A stretch of DNA of 64,000 nt, taken from positions 470,462 through 534,461 of the forward strand of contig CAWINE010000028.1 in assembly GCA_963837315.1 (NCBI GenBank). The letters are read 5' to 3'. The translations under genes were made by a program, and so were the position numbers. The number at the start of each line of letters is the position of its first letter. The first letter of the stretch is position 1. Shown piece after piece: positions 26,850 through 36,254 of this stretch. The notes under the pieces were generated by a model that had not been told where the DNA came from, did no database searches, and worked only from the letters and a program-made list of their open reading frames with translations. Origin of the DNA: an uncultured Chloroflexia bacterium (GTDB lineage Bacteria > Chloroflexota > Chloroflexia > QHBQ01 > JADMIH01).

Positions 26850-27686
26850 CTAGCTGCCTGGCGGCCCCTGCCGTATACGTTGGCGCATCTGCGCCAGCAA
26901 GTCGCGCCCGCCGTTGATCCATTCCAGCCACCAGGTAACGCCAGCCTCGGCATAGGCCGCTACTTTAGCGGCGGAAGCCGGATCGTTCCCGCTTGTTTCG
27001 CCAACCGCACTCACATCGAACGGCTTATCGGCGTCGCGCAGTTTCGAGATATAAGGCAAAATCTCGCGGTAGTCCTGCGGGGTGAGATATTTCACGCCAC
27101 CCTCAGCTGCGACCCCATCCCAGCCTGCGCTGCGGCGAAACGGCTTTTTGTGCGGCCAGACCCCACCGACCCAGATTGGGATGCGTGGCTGCTGAACTGG
27201 GCGCGGCAAAAACTGGGCGTTCTTCACTTGATAGTGCGCGCCGTCAAAGCTGAACGGCTCGCCGCGCCAAAGTCCAGCGATGATAGCTAGCGCTTCGTCC
27301 AGCAATTCGCCGTGGGTTTTATCGTCGGCTGGTTCGCCAAACGCGCTGAAGTCGCCATGCCAGTCGCCGCCGATGCCTACGCTCAGGATCAGTCGCCCGT
27401 TAGAAAGATGGTCGATCGTGGTCGCCTGCCGCGCCACGGTCCACGGTCGGCGGCGCGGCAGCGGTGTGATCATTGTGCCGAGCCTGACACGGCTGGTAGC
27501 CAACGCAATCGCCGCTAGCATAACCCACGGGTCACCAACCGGCTGGTTTTGCGGATCTGTCCAGAGAATGTTGTCCGACAGGAAAAAACCATCCCACCCT
27601 GCTTCCTCAGCCTCGCGCGCCAAATCAGCTACCAATTTCGGGTCAGAGGATGTGCCAAAATTAGGCATATACAAGGCATATTTCAT
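26850..27686 (-). CDS. LLM-class flavin/F420-dependent oxidoreductase (paralog of 11987-12805)
   Basis: 278 aa with AGWDGFFLSD, RVRLGTMITPLPRRRPW, TIDHLSNGRLILSVGIG and IPIWVGG. Confidence 0.8.
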   Translation of the reverse strand: MKYALYMPNFGTSSDPKLVADLAREAEEAGWDGFFLSDNILWTDPQNQPVGDPWVMLAAIALATSRVRLGTMITPLPRRRPWTVARQATTIDHLSNGRLILSVGIGGDWHGDFSAFGEPADDKTHGELLDEALAIIAGLWRGEPFSFDGAHYQVKNAQFLPRPVQQPRIPIWVGGVWPHKKPFRRSAGWDGVAAEGGVKYLTPQDYREILPYISKLRDADKPFDVSAVGETSGNDPASAAKVAAYAEAGVTWWLEWINGGRDLLAQMRQRIRQGPPGS

Positions 27687-27911
27687 TTCATATTCCTTCT
27701 GAGCTTAGCCCGACAGGGATGGCATACGGATCATATCATAAATTAACCTGTACAGATACCGCTGGCAATTAAGCCAGTCCACGCCGAAGCGGGTAACTGA
27801 GCGAGGGTTCGCCAGCGCCGTGCCCCTACGACATTCTCTCTACCTCATGTCTGAACCGTTGCTCAAAATCTAATGTACTACAATAAATTACTGATGAGGG
27901 AGAAATCTTAA

Positions 27912-28520
27912 ATGAGGAAAATCATCACTACTACATTCATTACCCTTGACGGCGTTATGCAAGCTCCAGGTGGTTACCGGAGGAAGATACCTTCAAATGG
28001 ATTTAAATACGGAGGTTGGCAGGTTGGCTGGGATGAAGATAAGTAGCGGACAATATAATGGACAGATTTATGGCTGCTCCTTTTGAGCTGCTCTTAGGAA
28101 GACGCACATATGATATTTTTGCTGCTTACTGGCCGAATCACAAAGAAGTACCGAGTGTGGCAAAGCCATTCAATAGTGCGAAAAAGTATGTTGTCTCACA
28201 TAAACCTTTTGAACTCTCTTGGAACAATTCTGTGCTTATTACAGGAGACGTTGTGGCAGAAATAAAAAAGCTTAAAAATTCAGACGGTCCTGACCTGTGG
28301 GTGTATGGTAGTGGCAATCTTATACAAACGCTTCTTAAACACAATCTAATAGATCGAATGCACATCTGGACATTTCCCGTTACTATCGGCACCGGCAAAA
28401 AATTATTCGCCGAAGGCACACAACCGGAACGCTTTAAACCGGTAGACTGCAAAAATTACAACGACAGGCGTAATATTTGCAACCTACGAACCCTCAAACC
28501 CGCTCAAACCAACATCATAA
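27912..28520 (+). pseudogene. dihydrofolate reductase family (RibD C-terminal domain, YwjB/YyaP-like) protein, three frameshifts, low GC
   Basis: MRKIITTTFITLDGVMQAPGG follows GAGGGAG. FKYGGWQVGWDEDK is in another frame. LLLGRRTYDIFAAYWP...YVVSH...LWVYGSGNLIQTLLKHNLIDRMHIWTFPVTIGTGKKLF lies in ORF 28058-28579. The expected C-terminus KITTTGVIFATYEPSNPLKPTS is again out of frame. The gene is visibly AT-rich compared with its neighbours. Confidence 0.7.
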
Positions 28521-28715
28521 TAAAATTAAGAGTACCTTCACTAATAAGCAGAATTATTTATCAAAATAATCCCATGTAGTCAACCAGTGCCAGCAATGAG
28601 CCTCGATTGCGAGTTGCTGTGAATTCGCCAACGGTATCAGCAGCGGATCGGTTATGGACGTTAGCGGGCTGGGTAATATGCTGTGCGCTACGCCTGGTGT
28701 AGTCTCCGGTGATTT

Positions 28716-29504
28716 ATGAGACTCGAAAATTGGAGTGCGAAAACTGTTTGCCTATTCGCCGGGCACAACGATTATGTCGCGGCTGAACGTGCTGATGCTT
28801 TCCGCCCCCTCGCCGAAGCTCTGAAACGCCCAGGCGGTGCGGTGGGCCGCGGTCCCAAGCGGCACTATGTGGAGATCCACCCCGAGGACATCAGCGGTTT
28901 CGTAGACATGGCGATGCACCCATGGGTAATTGCTGTAAACGAGGCGATTCTCGGCCCAAGCTACAAGATCGTGGAGATAGGCTTCGACGTGCCGAACCCG
29001 GGGGCGGTCCATCAGCCGTGGCACCGCGACTTCCCGTCCCCCAAAGAGACTGTGCTCGGGAGGCGATTGAACTCGCTCGCTTTCAACATAACGGGAGTGG
29101 ACGTTACAGAGGATATGGGCCCGTTTGAGATTGCGCCAGGCACCCAGTGGGACGAGTCGCCGGAATTTGAACACGGCATGTTCCCGCCGAAGTCCTTCTA
29201 TCCGCGCTACGAGGAACGCGCCCAGCAGAAGATGCCCAGGATGGGCGACATCTCCGTACGCTCTGCCCTTACCATCCACCGGGGCACAGCCAACCGCTCT
29301 GATAAATCGCGCCCTGTTCTCGTGCTCGGCGCTGACGCGCCGGACGCTCGCAACTCCGAACGTCATGACCTGCAGATCACAAGGCGCTTTTATGAGACAC
29401 TGCCCGAGTATTTACTCCAGCATCTCACTTACAGGCTTGTCGACGAGTTGGAACCTATCCATCAGGGCCACACCATCGAAGGGTTGATGATGGGCGAGGC
29501 ATAG
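28716..29504 (+). CDS. phytanoyl-CoA dioxygenase (PhyH) family Fe(II)/2-oxoglutarate oxygenase; N-terminus possibly disrupted
   Basis: 262 aa with HQPWHRDFP (HxD iron site), FEIAPGTQ and LTIHRGTANRS (distal His/Arg). The first ~40 residues are atypical for the family, so an upstream frameshift or truncation is possible. Confidence 0.65.
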   Translation: MRLENWSAKTVCLFAGHNDYVAAERADAFRPLAEALKRPGGAVGRGPKRHYVEIHPEDISGFVDMAMHPWVIAVNEAILGPSYKIVEIGFDVPNPGAVHQPWHRDFPSPKETVLGRRLNSLAFNITGVDVTEDMGPFEIAPGTQWDESPEFEHGMFPPKSFYPRYEERAQQKMPRMGDISVRSALTIHRGTANRSDKSRPVLVLGADAPDARNSERHDLQITRRFYETLPEYLLQHLTYRLVDELEPIHQGHTIEGLMMGEA

Positions 29505-29513
29505 CATATAGCG

Positions 29514-30083
29514 CTATTTGCTGTAGGTGCCCACCAACTCGCCGTACGCAAGTACGTGCTTGCCCATCGCACTTTCGACCTGGCTTTTGTCAGCTCCGGG
29601 AGCCAGGCCAGGGTCGGTATCGAGAGCGTAGATCTTGATGTGGTAGTGGTGCGTGCCGTTGGGAGGGCAGGGGCCGGTGTAGCCGATCTTGCCGGAGCCG
29701 TTGCGACCCTGCTTGCTGCCGTCGGGCAAAGTGGCATCTGTGGACACGTTTTCGGGCAGCGACAGCGTGGTGGGCGGCAGGTTATAGAGCACCCAGTGAA
29801 CGAAGGTGCCTCCGGGCGCGTCGGGGTCGTCCATTATGAGGGCGAAGCTCCTGGTGCCGACTGGCGGCGCGCTCCATTGCAGAGGAGGCGAGAGGCTTTG
29901 CCCATCACAGCTGTACTTCTTCGGTATGGGCTGCTGGGCAGCGAAGGCAGGGCTGGTGAGCGCTAGGCTCTGTGCGGGCCCGCCTGCCGGCAAAGGCGTG
30001 CTTGAGCCTGTGTCGCATGCCGACATGACAAGCACGGCCAGCGCGCAGAGGCCGGCGAAGCAGGCCAACCCTGGTCCTGTCAT
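29514..30083 (-). CDS. YbhB/YbcL (PEBP, Raf-kinase-inhibitor-like) family lipoprotein
   Basis: 189 aa with a lipobox-like signal peptide (LAVLVMSAC) and a PEBP core (SFALIMDDPDAPGGTFVHWVLYN, GYTGPCPPNGTHHYHIKIYALD). Confidence 0.8.
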   Translation of the reverse strand: MTGPGLACFAGLCALAVLVMSACDTGSSTPLPAGGPAQSLALTSPAFAAQQPIPKKYSCDGQSLSPPLQWSAPPVGTRSFALIMDDPDAPGGTFVHWVLYNLPPTTLSLPENVSTDATLPDGSKQGRNGSGKIGYTGPCPPNGTHHYHIKIYALDTDPGLAPGADKSQVESAMGKHVLAYGELVGTYSK

Positions 30084-30084
30084 C

Positions 30085-31764
30085 CTATTCGCGGAATATA
30101 CTCCCCGCCACTTCCTCTGAACTCGCAGCTTCTTCGTACTGTATAGCTTCCTGATGGTTGTTACTGTAAGCTTTCACCGCTTTGACGAAATCGCGGAAGA
30201 GGGGGTGGGGGCGCGTGGGGCGGCTCTTCAGCTCGGGGTGGAACTGCGAGGCCACGAACCAGGGGTGGTTGCGTAGCTCGATGATCTCGACAAGCCTGCC
30301 GTCGGGCGAGAGGCCGGAGACGATCAGGCCCGCTTCGTGCATGCGCTCGCGGTAAGCGTTATTGAACTCGAAGCGATGGCGGTGGCGCTCGTAGACGACC
30401 GATTCGCCATAGGCCCTGGCGGCTTTGGTGCCCGGCACCAGGTTGCAAGGATAGAGGCCCAGGCGCATCGTGCCGCCCATGTCGGCGATGTCGCGCTGGT
30501 CGGGCATGATGTCGATCACGGGGTCCGAGCAGCGCTGGTCGATCTCGGTGGAGATGGCGTCCGGCAGGCCGAGCACGCTGCGGGCGAACTCGATCACCGC
30601 CATCTGCATCCCATAGCAGAGGCCCAGGTAGGGGATGTTGATGCTCGCGGGCGTATTGCGCGGCCAGGATCTTGCCGTGCACGCCCCGGTCGCCGAAGCC
30701 GCCCGGCACGAGGATGCCGTCCGACGCCCGTCAGCATCTCTTCGGGGTCGCCTTGCTCCAATGCCTCGGTGTTGACCCAGCGGATCTCGACTCTGGAGTT
30801 GTTGTACGCGCCGGCGTGCTGCAACGCCTCGGCCACGCTCAGATAGGCGTCGTGCAGCTCGGTATATTTGCCGCAGAGGGCGACTGTGACGGTCTCGCGA
30901 GCCTGGTCCATGCGCGCCACGGTCTGCTCGCCAGCCTGAGCAGGTCGGGCGCGTGGCCGCCCAGGTTCAGCTTCTCGACGATATATTCGCCCAGCCCGCG
31001 CGTCTTCGAGCAAGCAGCGGCACTTGGTAGATATTGGGCACGGTGGGCAAGGGGATCACCGCGCGCGGCTCCACGTCGCAGAAGATGGCGATCTTGGCGA
31101 TGATGTCTTCCTCTACCGGCGAATCGGAGCGGCAGAGGATAACGTCGGGGTTGATGCCGATAGAGCGCAGCTCTTTGACGCAGTGCTGGGTCGGCTTGGT
31201 CTTCAGCTCGCTGGTGGCGGCGATTTACGGCAGGAGGGTCAGGTGGATATAGAGGACGTTTTCGCGCCCGGCGTCGCGGCGCATCTGGCGGATGGCTTCG
31301 AGGAACGGCAGGCCCTCGATGTCGCCCACCGTGCCGCCGACTTCGACTATCACCACGTCGGGAGCGCCTGTGCGGGCCACGGCGGCGATGCGCGACTTGA
31401 TCTCGTTGGTGATATGGGGGATGACCTGGATGGTGCCGCCCAGGAAATCGCCGCGCCGCTCGCGCTCGATCACCGACCGGTAGATGCGGCCGGTGGTGAC
31501 GTTTGATGCCTGGGTGAGGTTTTCGTCAATGAAGCGCTCGTAGTGGCCCAGGTCGAGGTCGGTCTCCGCGCCATCGTCGGTCACGAATACCTCGCCGTGC
31601 TGGTAGGGCGACATGGTGCCGGGGTCGACATTGATATAGGGGTCAAGCTTCTGGAGAGAGACGGTGATGCCCCGGCTCTTCAGCACGCGCCCGATGGAGG
31701 CAACGGTGATACCCTTGCCCACGCTCGAGGCCACGCCGCCCGTCACGAATATGTACTTCGCCAT
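30085..31764 (-). pseudogene. pyrG: CTP synthase, one in-frame TAA plus about five frame changes
   Basis: The N-terminal synthetase domain is intact ([19 protein letters not shown] ... IHLTLLP). A TAA at 31225-31227 replaces the conserved Tyr of LVPY. Recognisable segments then fall in alternating frames: [27 protein letters not shown]..., [60 protein letters not shown], and [17 protein letters not shown]...[10 protein letters not shown]...FHPE. Confidence 0.85.
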
Positions 31765-31789
31765 CATTTCTCTCCCTCCTTTTGTCAAA

Positions 31790-31856
31790 ACACAAAACGT
31801 AAAACGTAAGGCATCAATGAAACCTTACGCTTTACGTCCTCCGTTTTACGTTTTCC
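31790..31856. repeat. heptamer-arm hairpin (AAACGTA units) upstream of pyrG
   Basis: acaaaacgtaaaacgtaaggc ... gccttacgctttacgtcctccgttttacgtttt. Confidence 0.75.
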
Positions 31857-32214
31857 CTTACGCTGCCGCCGCTCTCGCCTTTTTCTTCGGGAACGATAAT
31901 GATATTCACGCCCGCCGCAACATGCAGGTTACCGAACTTGTCATCCAGGATATCGAGGAGACCCTTGAATTCCTGCGTACCGTATATACCTCTGTATAAA
32001 TGCCCAGCGGGTTGGTGCCTATATAGCTCACGAACTCGGCGTCCGGATATTCGGCCTTGACCGCTCTTATTATACGATTTAATACGTCCTGGATGCGCTC
32101 ATCCTGAAGGTCAATATGCACTAATTGCTCGGTGATAACCGGCCGTGTGCCGATGGACGTTGGGATGCTCCAAAACCACACCCGAAAACTCTGCCTCTAC
32201 TCCTGCTGGTTCCA
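31832..32214 (-). pseudogene. small hypothetical protein, apparently frameshifted
   Basis: The central part is ORF 31906-32181 (PVITEQLVHIDLQDERIQDVLNRIIRAVKAEYPDAEFVSYIGTNPLGIYTEVYT). A plausible continuation (QEFKGLLDILDDKFGNLHVAAGVNIIIVPEEK) is in another frame. The only SD-linked ATG (32214) is in a third frame. No family recognised. Confidence 0.3.
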
Positions 32215-32332
32215 TGCCTGCCTCCTGGGAACGGACTGAAGTTCAAGAATTGAGAACTGAGAATTAATTGGTCTTCGAGCTGCCAACGGTTGCTCTATAT
32301 TAAGAATCTCAGACCTCGACTTCAGTCATCTT

Positions 32333-32975
32333 TCACGTTCTCGCCTCCAACACAATTACCTGGGTGGTCTCGTCCAGGTCTGACGACTTGATGGTCAGTT
32401 TGTCCTGGGGCGTCAAATCTTTCAGGCCCATCTCTTTTGTGAACTTGTCGAGCGTGTCGAGGTCGAGCGATTCGCGGCCTGTGGAGTAGTGCATCGGTAT
32501 GACGATTTTCGGCTCCAGCTGGCTGATGACCTCGCTCGCTTTGTTCGCCGTGAGAGCGGTATGCCCGCCGACCGGCACCATTACCACGTCAACGTCGCCC
32601 AGCGCCTCGAGTTGGTGCGAGTTGAGCGTGTTGCCCAGCGCGCCGAGGTGGCACACAACAAGATCGTCAAGGTGGAAGAGGAAGATATTGTTGCGTCCCA
32701 GTTTCTTGCCGCCTTCGCTCGTCGGCGAAAGACCATACGCCGGTAACGAAGATGCCTTTGACCTCGTACTCGCCCGGGCCCTGGATAACGAACGGCTCGC
32801 CCTTGATGCCTGTAAGGGTGTTATGGTGGGGGTGTTCGTGGCTGATCGTAACGATATCGGCTTTCTGGTTGAGTGTTCCCAAACCCAGGCTTCTATCGTA
32901 CGGATCGGTGATGATCGTGGCGTCTTTGCTCTTGATGCGGAAGCAGGCGTGTCCCAGCCATGTGATTTCTGCCAA
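32333..32975 (-). pseudogene. metallo-beta-lactamase fold hydrolase (UPF0173-like), one frameshift
   Basis: The N-terminal half is ORF 32667-32975 (MAEITWLGHACFRIKSKDATIITDPY...ADIVTISHEHPHHN). The C-terminal half is ORF 32333-32656 (HLGALGN...VDVVMVPVGGHTALTA...IVIPMHY). The frames differ, with the junction at about 32700. Confidence 0.75.
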
Positions 32976-33101
32976 TTGTTTCTATCTCTCTTTCATAGGC
33001 AGAAGGCGCATAACTCTTTTTCTGCTAACTCGCACATTTTCCAAAACGCCTTCCGCAAAAATACCATGTAATTGTACCAATCCAGGGGTTTTGCACGCAA
33101 C

Positions 33102-33181
33102 TGTGGATAAGTGGAAAACAGCCCCTTTCTCCTTCCAATCATACCACAAAGTGGAAAATCTGTTCTAAAATATGTGGAAAA
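33102..33181. promoter_or_regulatory. cluster of four same-orientation DnaA-box-like 9-mers
   Basis: The 9-mers are TGTGGATAA (33102-33110, perfect reverse complement of TTATCCACA), AGTGGAAAA (33110-33118), AGTGGAAAA (33150-33158) and TGTGGAAAA (33173-33181, fits TTWTNCACA). An AT-rich run ataatatatatta follows at about 33210-33222. The cluster lies in a 320-bp divergent intergenic region. Confidence 0.45.
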
Positions 33182-33294
33182 CCATATTGACACATGCCTG
33201 TACGTGACATAATATATATTACAGAACCGATGTTCTAAACAAGTGCCCGAGAGTGATGAGCGTTTTAGAGCGTAGAAGTCAGGAGCGAGAGAGA

Positions 33295-34253
33295 ATGAAA
33301 GAGACTAAAAGGACCAAATTGAGCAAGATACTGCTTGTCTGCTGGGGCATTGCGCTCGCGCTGGCAAGCTTCCAGTCCGTTGCCAACGCTGCCGGTGCAC
33401 AGGCCGGAAACCCCTACCCGTACGGACAATCAACCTACTGGGCCTGGCAGAACAGGCCCGACTTGCCTGCCGATCTGGGCGTGGCTGCGAGCTGGGCTAA
33501 AAACGCTATCGCGGCGGGCTTCCCTGTGACCGAGTACCCACGACGCGGTGATATCGCCGTCTTCCAGCCGGGCGTGCTGGGAGCTGATGCACAGGTGGGC
33601 CGCGTGGCAATGGTCGAGCAGGTGCTCGAGGATGGCACCTACCGGGCCAGCGAGATGGACGACAGTGACTGCACGGGCAACATGGCCAACTGCGGGCACA
33701 TCAACAACAGCAGCTATTCGATAGCGCCGGGTACAAGCTTCATACATTATAAGGTGGATAGTCGTACCACCTGGGGCTTCGCCAGCGGGCAGGCGGGTTG
33801 GACCCGAACAGACCTGGCAGCCGGCAATTCAGGCGGGCCGGGCTGGTATTACCCTCTCGCGGGCAACAACCCTCATCTGGACAGCCCGCAGCTTGATGTG
33901 CCGCTCGATTACAGCTATAACGCCATCGAAGTGGAGATGGTGACCGGGCTTCCCGTGGCCGACCCCACTATAAAGGTCTACTTCGCAACCGAGCAATCAC
34001 CCAACTTCAGCGACGACAAGTCGGTGACGATAAAAGGCGAGGCGACAGGCGAATTGAAGACGTACCAGTTCTACTTCGGCGATAACCCGGCCTGGAAAGG
34101 CACGTTGACCGGCCTGCGCCTCAACCCGGCGGGACCGCGGCACGACAGGCGGCGTAAGGGTAGACCGCGTGCGCCTGGTGCAAATTGACCCACCCGCCCC
34201 GCAGGTCACCGTCTTCTCAAACAGCGCGAACGACCATGGTGGACGCCAGCGCT
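33295..34253 (+). pseudogene. secreted CHAP-domain-like protein with substituted catalytic residues; C-terminal frameshift
   Basis: ATG 33295 follows AGGAG. The signal peptide is KILLVCWGIALALASFQSVANA. The CHAP-like core is NPYPYGQSTYWAWQNR ... GDIAVFQPG...VGRVAMVEQV. The expected C-terminus (GVRVDRVRLVQIDPPAPQV...) is out of frame after about 34135. Confidence 0.6.
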
Positions 34254-34298
34254 GAGTGGTGGATGGGACGAGTTCGTGTCGCAAAACCCTTTCCCCTT

Positions 34299-34397
34299 GT
34301 CATTCCTCGCTTCGCTCGGAATCACTATGGGCAGCAGTATGCCTGGAATTCCAAGCGAATATCTCGCATAGTGATTCCGAGCGAAGCGAGGAATGAC
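34299..34397. repeat. perfect 31-bp inverted repeat with a 37-nt loop (MITE/REP-like)
   Basis: gtcattcctcgcttcgctcggaatcactatg (34299-34329) pairs with catagtgattccgagcgaagcgaggaatgac (34367-34397). The termini TTGTCATTCC resemble those at 59326-59466. Confidence 0.85.
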
Positions 34398-34473
34398 ACT
34401 TCTTATCTTGGTTGCTGTGCTTGCAACGATTTATAGGATGCACCACTAAGCGTGGCCGACTCCATCGACGAGT

Positions 34474-36247
34474 TCACCCCTCAAACGCCACCCGTACCAC
34501 TTTCGCCCGAATCTCTTCCTCCATCTCCGCAATCTCTCTTTTCAAGCGCTGAATCACCTCTTCGATCGCCACTATTGCTGTTTGAGTTGAATCTCGCCGC
34601 TTTAGCTCGGCCCCGCCCTGCGCCAGCGAGCGGTCGCCAAGTGTCAGCCGCAAAGGTATACCTATGAGGTCGGCGTCATTGAACTTGACGCCCGCCGAGC
34701 CTTCGCGGTCGTCGTAAAGCACCTCGATCCCGACCGCCTGCATATCGCTGTAGAGTTTCTCGGCTGCCATGCGCGCAGGCCCGTCATCCTTTGCTAGCGA
34801 AACGAGATGCACCTGGTAGGGCGCAATGGTGATAGGCCACACCAGCCCCCGCTCGTCGTTGTGCGCCTCGGCGACACAGGCCAGCAGCCGTCCAACCCCG
34901 ATTCCATAGGAGCCCATTATTATGCTCTTCTGCTTGCCATCGTTGTCCAGGTAGACGGCACCCAGTGCATCGCTGTATCGAGTGCCAAGCTTGAAGATGT
35001 TGCCTGCTTCTACTCCGCCCGAAAGGTGCAGAGGCGCAGCCGCAGCTCGGGCAAGCATCGCCCTCTTTGGCCGCGGCGATGTCCGCCACCAGGTCAGCTT
35101 TGTAGTCTCGCCCGTAATTCACGTTGATGTAGTGGTACCCGACCTCGTTGGCCCCGGCCACCAGGTTGGGCGACTGAGCCACGGCGTCGTCAACCACAAC
35201 CAGCGCATCTTTCACGCCGATGGGCGAGCCGTAGCCTGGCTGGGCACCTCTCGAAGTTATCTCCTCCTCCTGGGCAGGGCGCAGCTCCATGGCTTTCACG
35301 ACGTTCGCCAGCTTGGTCTCGTTCACGTCCATATCGCCGCGCACCACGGCGAACACGAATTGTTCCCTCTCGGTCTCGCCTTCTCGTAACTTCGCCACCA
35401 TGAACACCGCCTTGGCAGTCTTCGAGGCCGGGATATCGAGGAACCGGGCCAGGGCGTCAATGGTGGTCGACGCCAGGCGTGGCGACCTTCTCCATAGGCT
35501 TCGGCTCCTCTGTGCGGCGCGACCGGCTTGCGAAATAGTGCCACCTGCCTGTTGGCCGAATATCCGCAGTTGTCGCACAGCACCAGCGTATCTTCGCCGA
35601 TCGGGGTCAGGTACATGAACTCGTGCGCCAGGCTCCCGCCCATCATCCCGACATCCGACTTCACGGCGATCACCGGCAGGGCGCAGCGGTTGAAGATATT
35701 GAAATACGCCTGGTAATGCGCCCGGTACTGCTTATCGAGCCCTTCCAGATCGGCGTCCAGGCTGTAGCTATCGAGCATAGTGAACTCGCGGGCGCGTATC
35801 AGCCCGGCGCGCGGCCTGGGGTCGTCGCGCCACTTGGTCTGGATGTGGTAGATAAGCTGGGGCAATTGCCTGTACGATCTTATCTCTTTGCGGGCCAGGT
35901 CGGTCACGACCTCTTCGTGGGTCATCGCCAGCGCCATATCGCGCCCCGTTTTCTCCACAAAGCGCCCAAGCTCCGGCCCAATCGAGTACCAGCGTCCCGT
36001 CTCCTTCCAGAGATCGGCAGGGTGCACGACAGGCATAGTCATCTCCTGCCCGCCCAGCGCGTTGATCTCCTCGCGCATAATATTCTCGATCTTGGTCATC
36101 GAGCGCCTGGCCAAGGGGCAAATAGCTGAAAATGCCCGCCGCCAATTGCCTGACAAATCCCGCCCTCAACAGCAGCCTGTGGCTCGCCACCTCCGCCTCC
36201 GACGGCGCCTCGCGCAAGGTCTGGCTGAATAACTGGCTCATTCTCAT
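34474..36247 (-). pseudogene. proS: proline--tRNA ligase (bacterial type with INS editing domain), at least four frameshifts
   Basis: [46 protein letters not shown] runs from 36247. The sequence then passes through the frame of ORF 35323-36156 (motifs 1-2: ...[23 protein letters not shown]...), a short EEPKPMEKVATPGVD segment, the frame of ORF 34784-35578 (editing domain), and the frame of ORF 34474-35058 (GNIFKLGTRYS...MGSYGIGVGRLL...anticodon-binding domain). Confidence 0.85.
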
Positions 36248-36254
36248 TGGTTAC

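Noticed and set aside
31225-31227. Stop-codon reassignment (TAA read as Tyr) as the explanation for the in-frame TAA in pyrG.
   Set aside because: TAA is used as an ordinary terminator by several well-defined genes in the window (for example purN, mglA and the 822-1973 DAO-family oxidoreductase). pyrG also carries multiple frameshifts.
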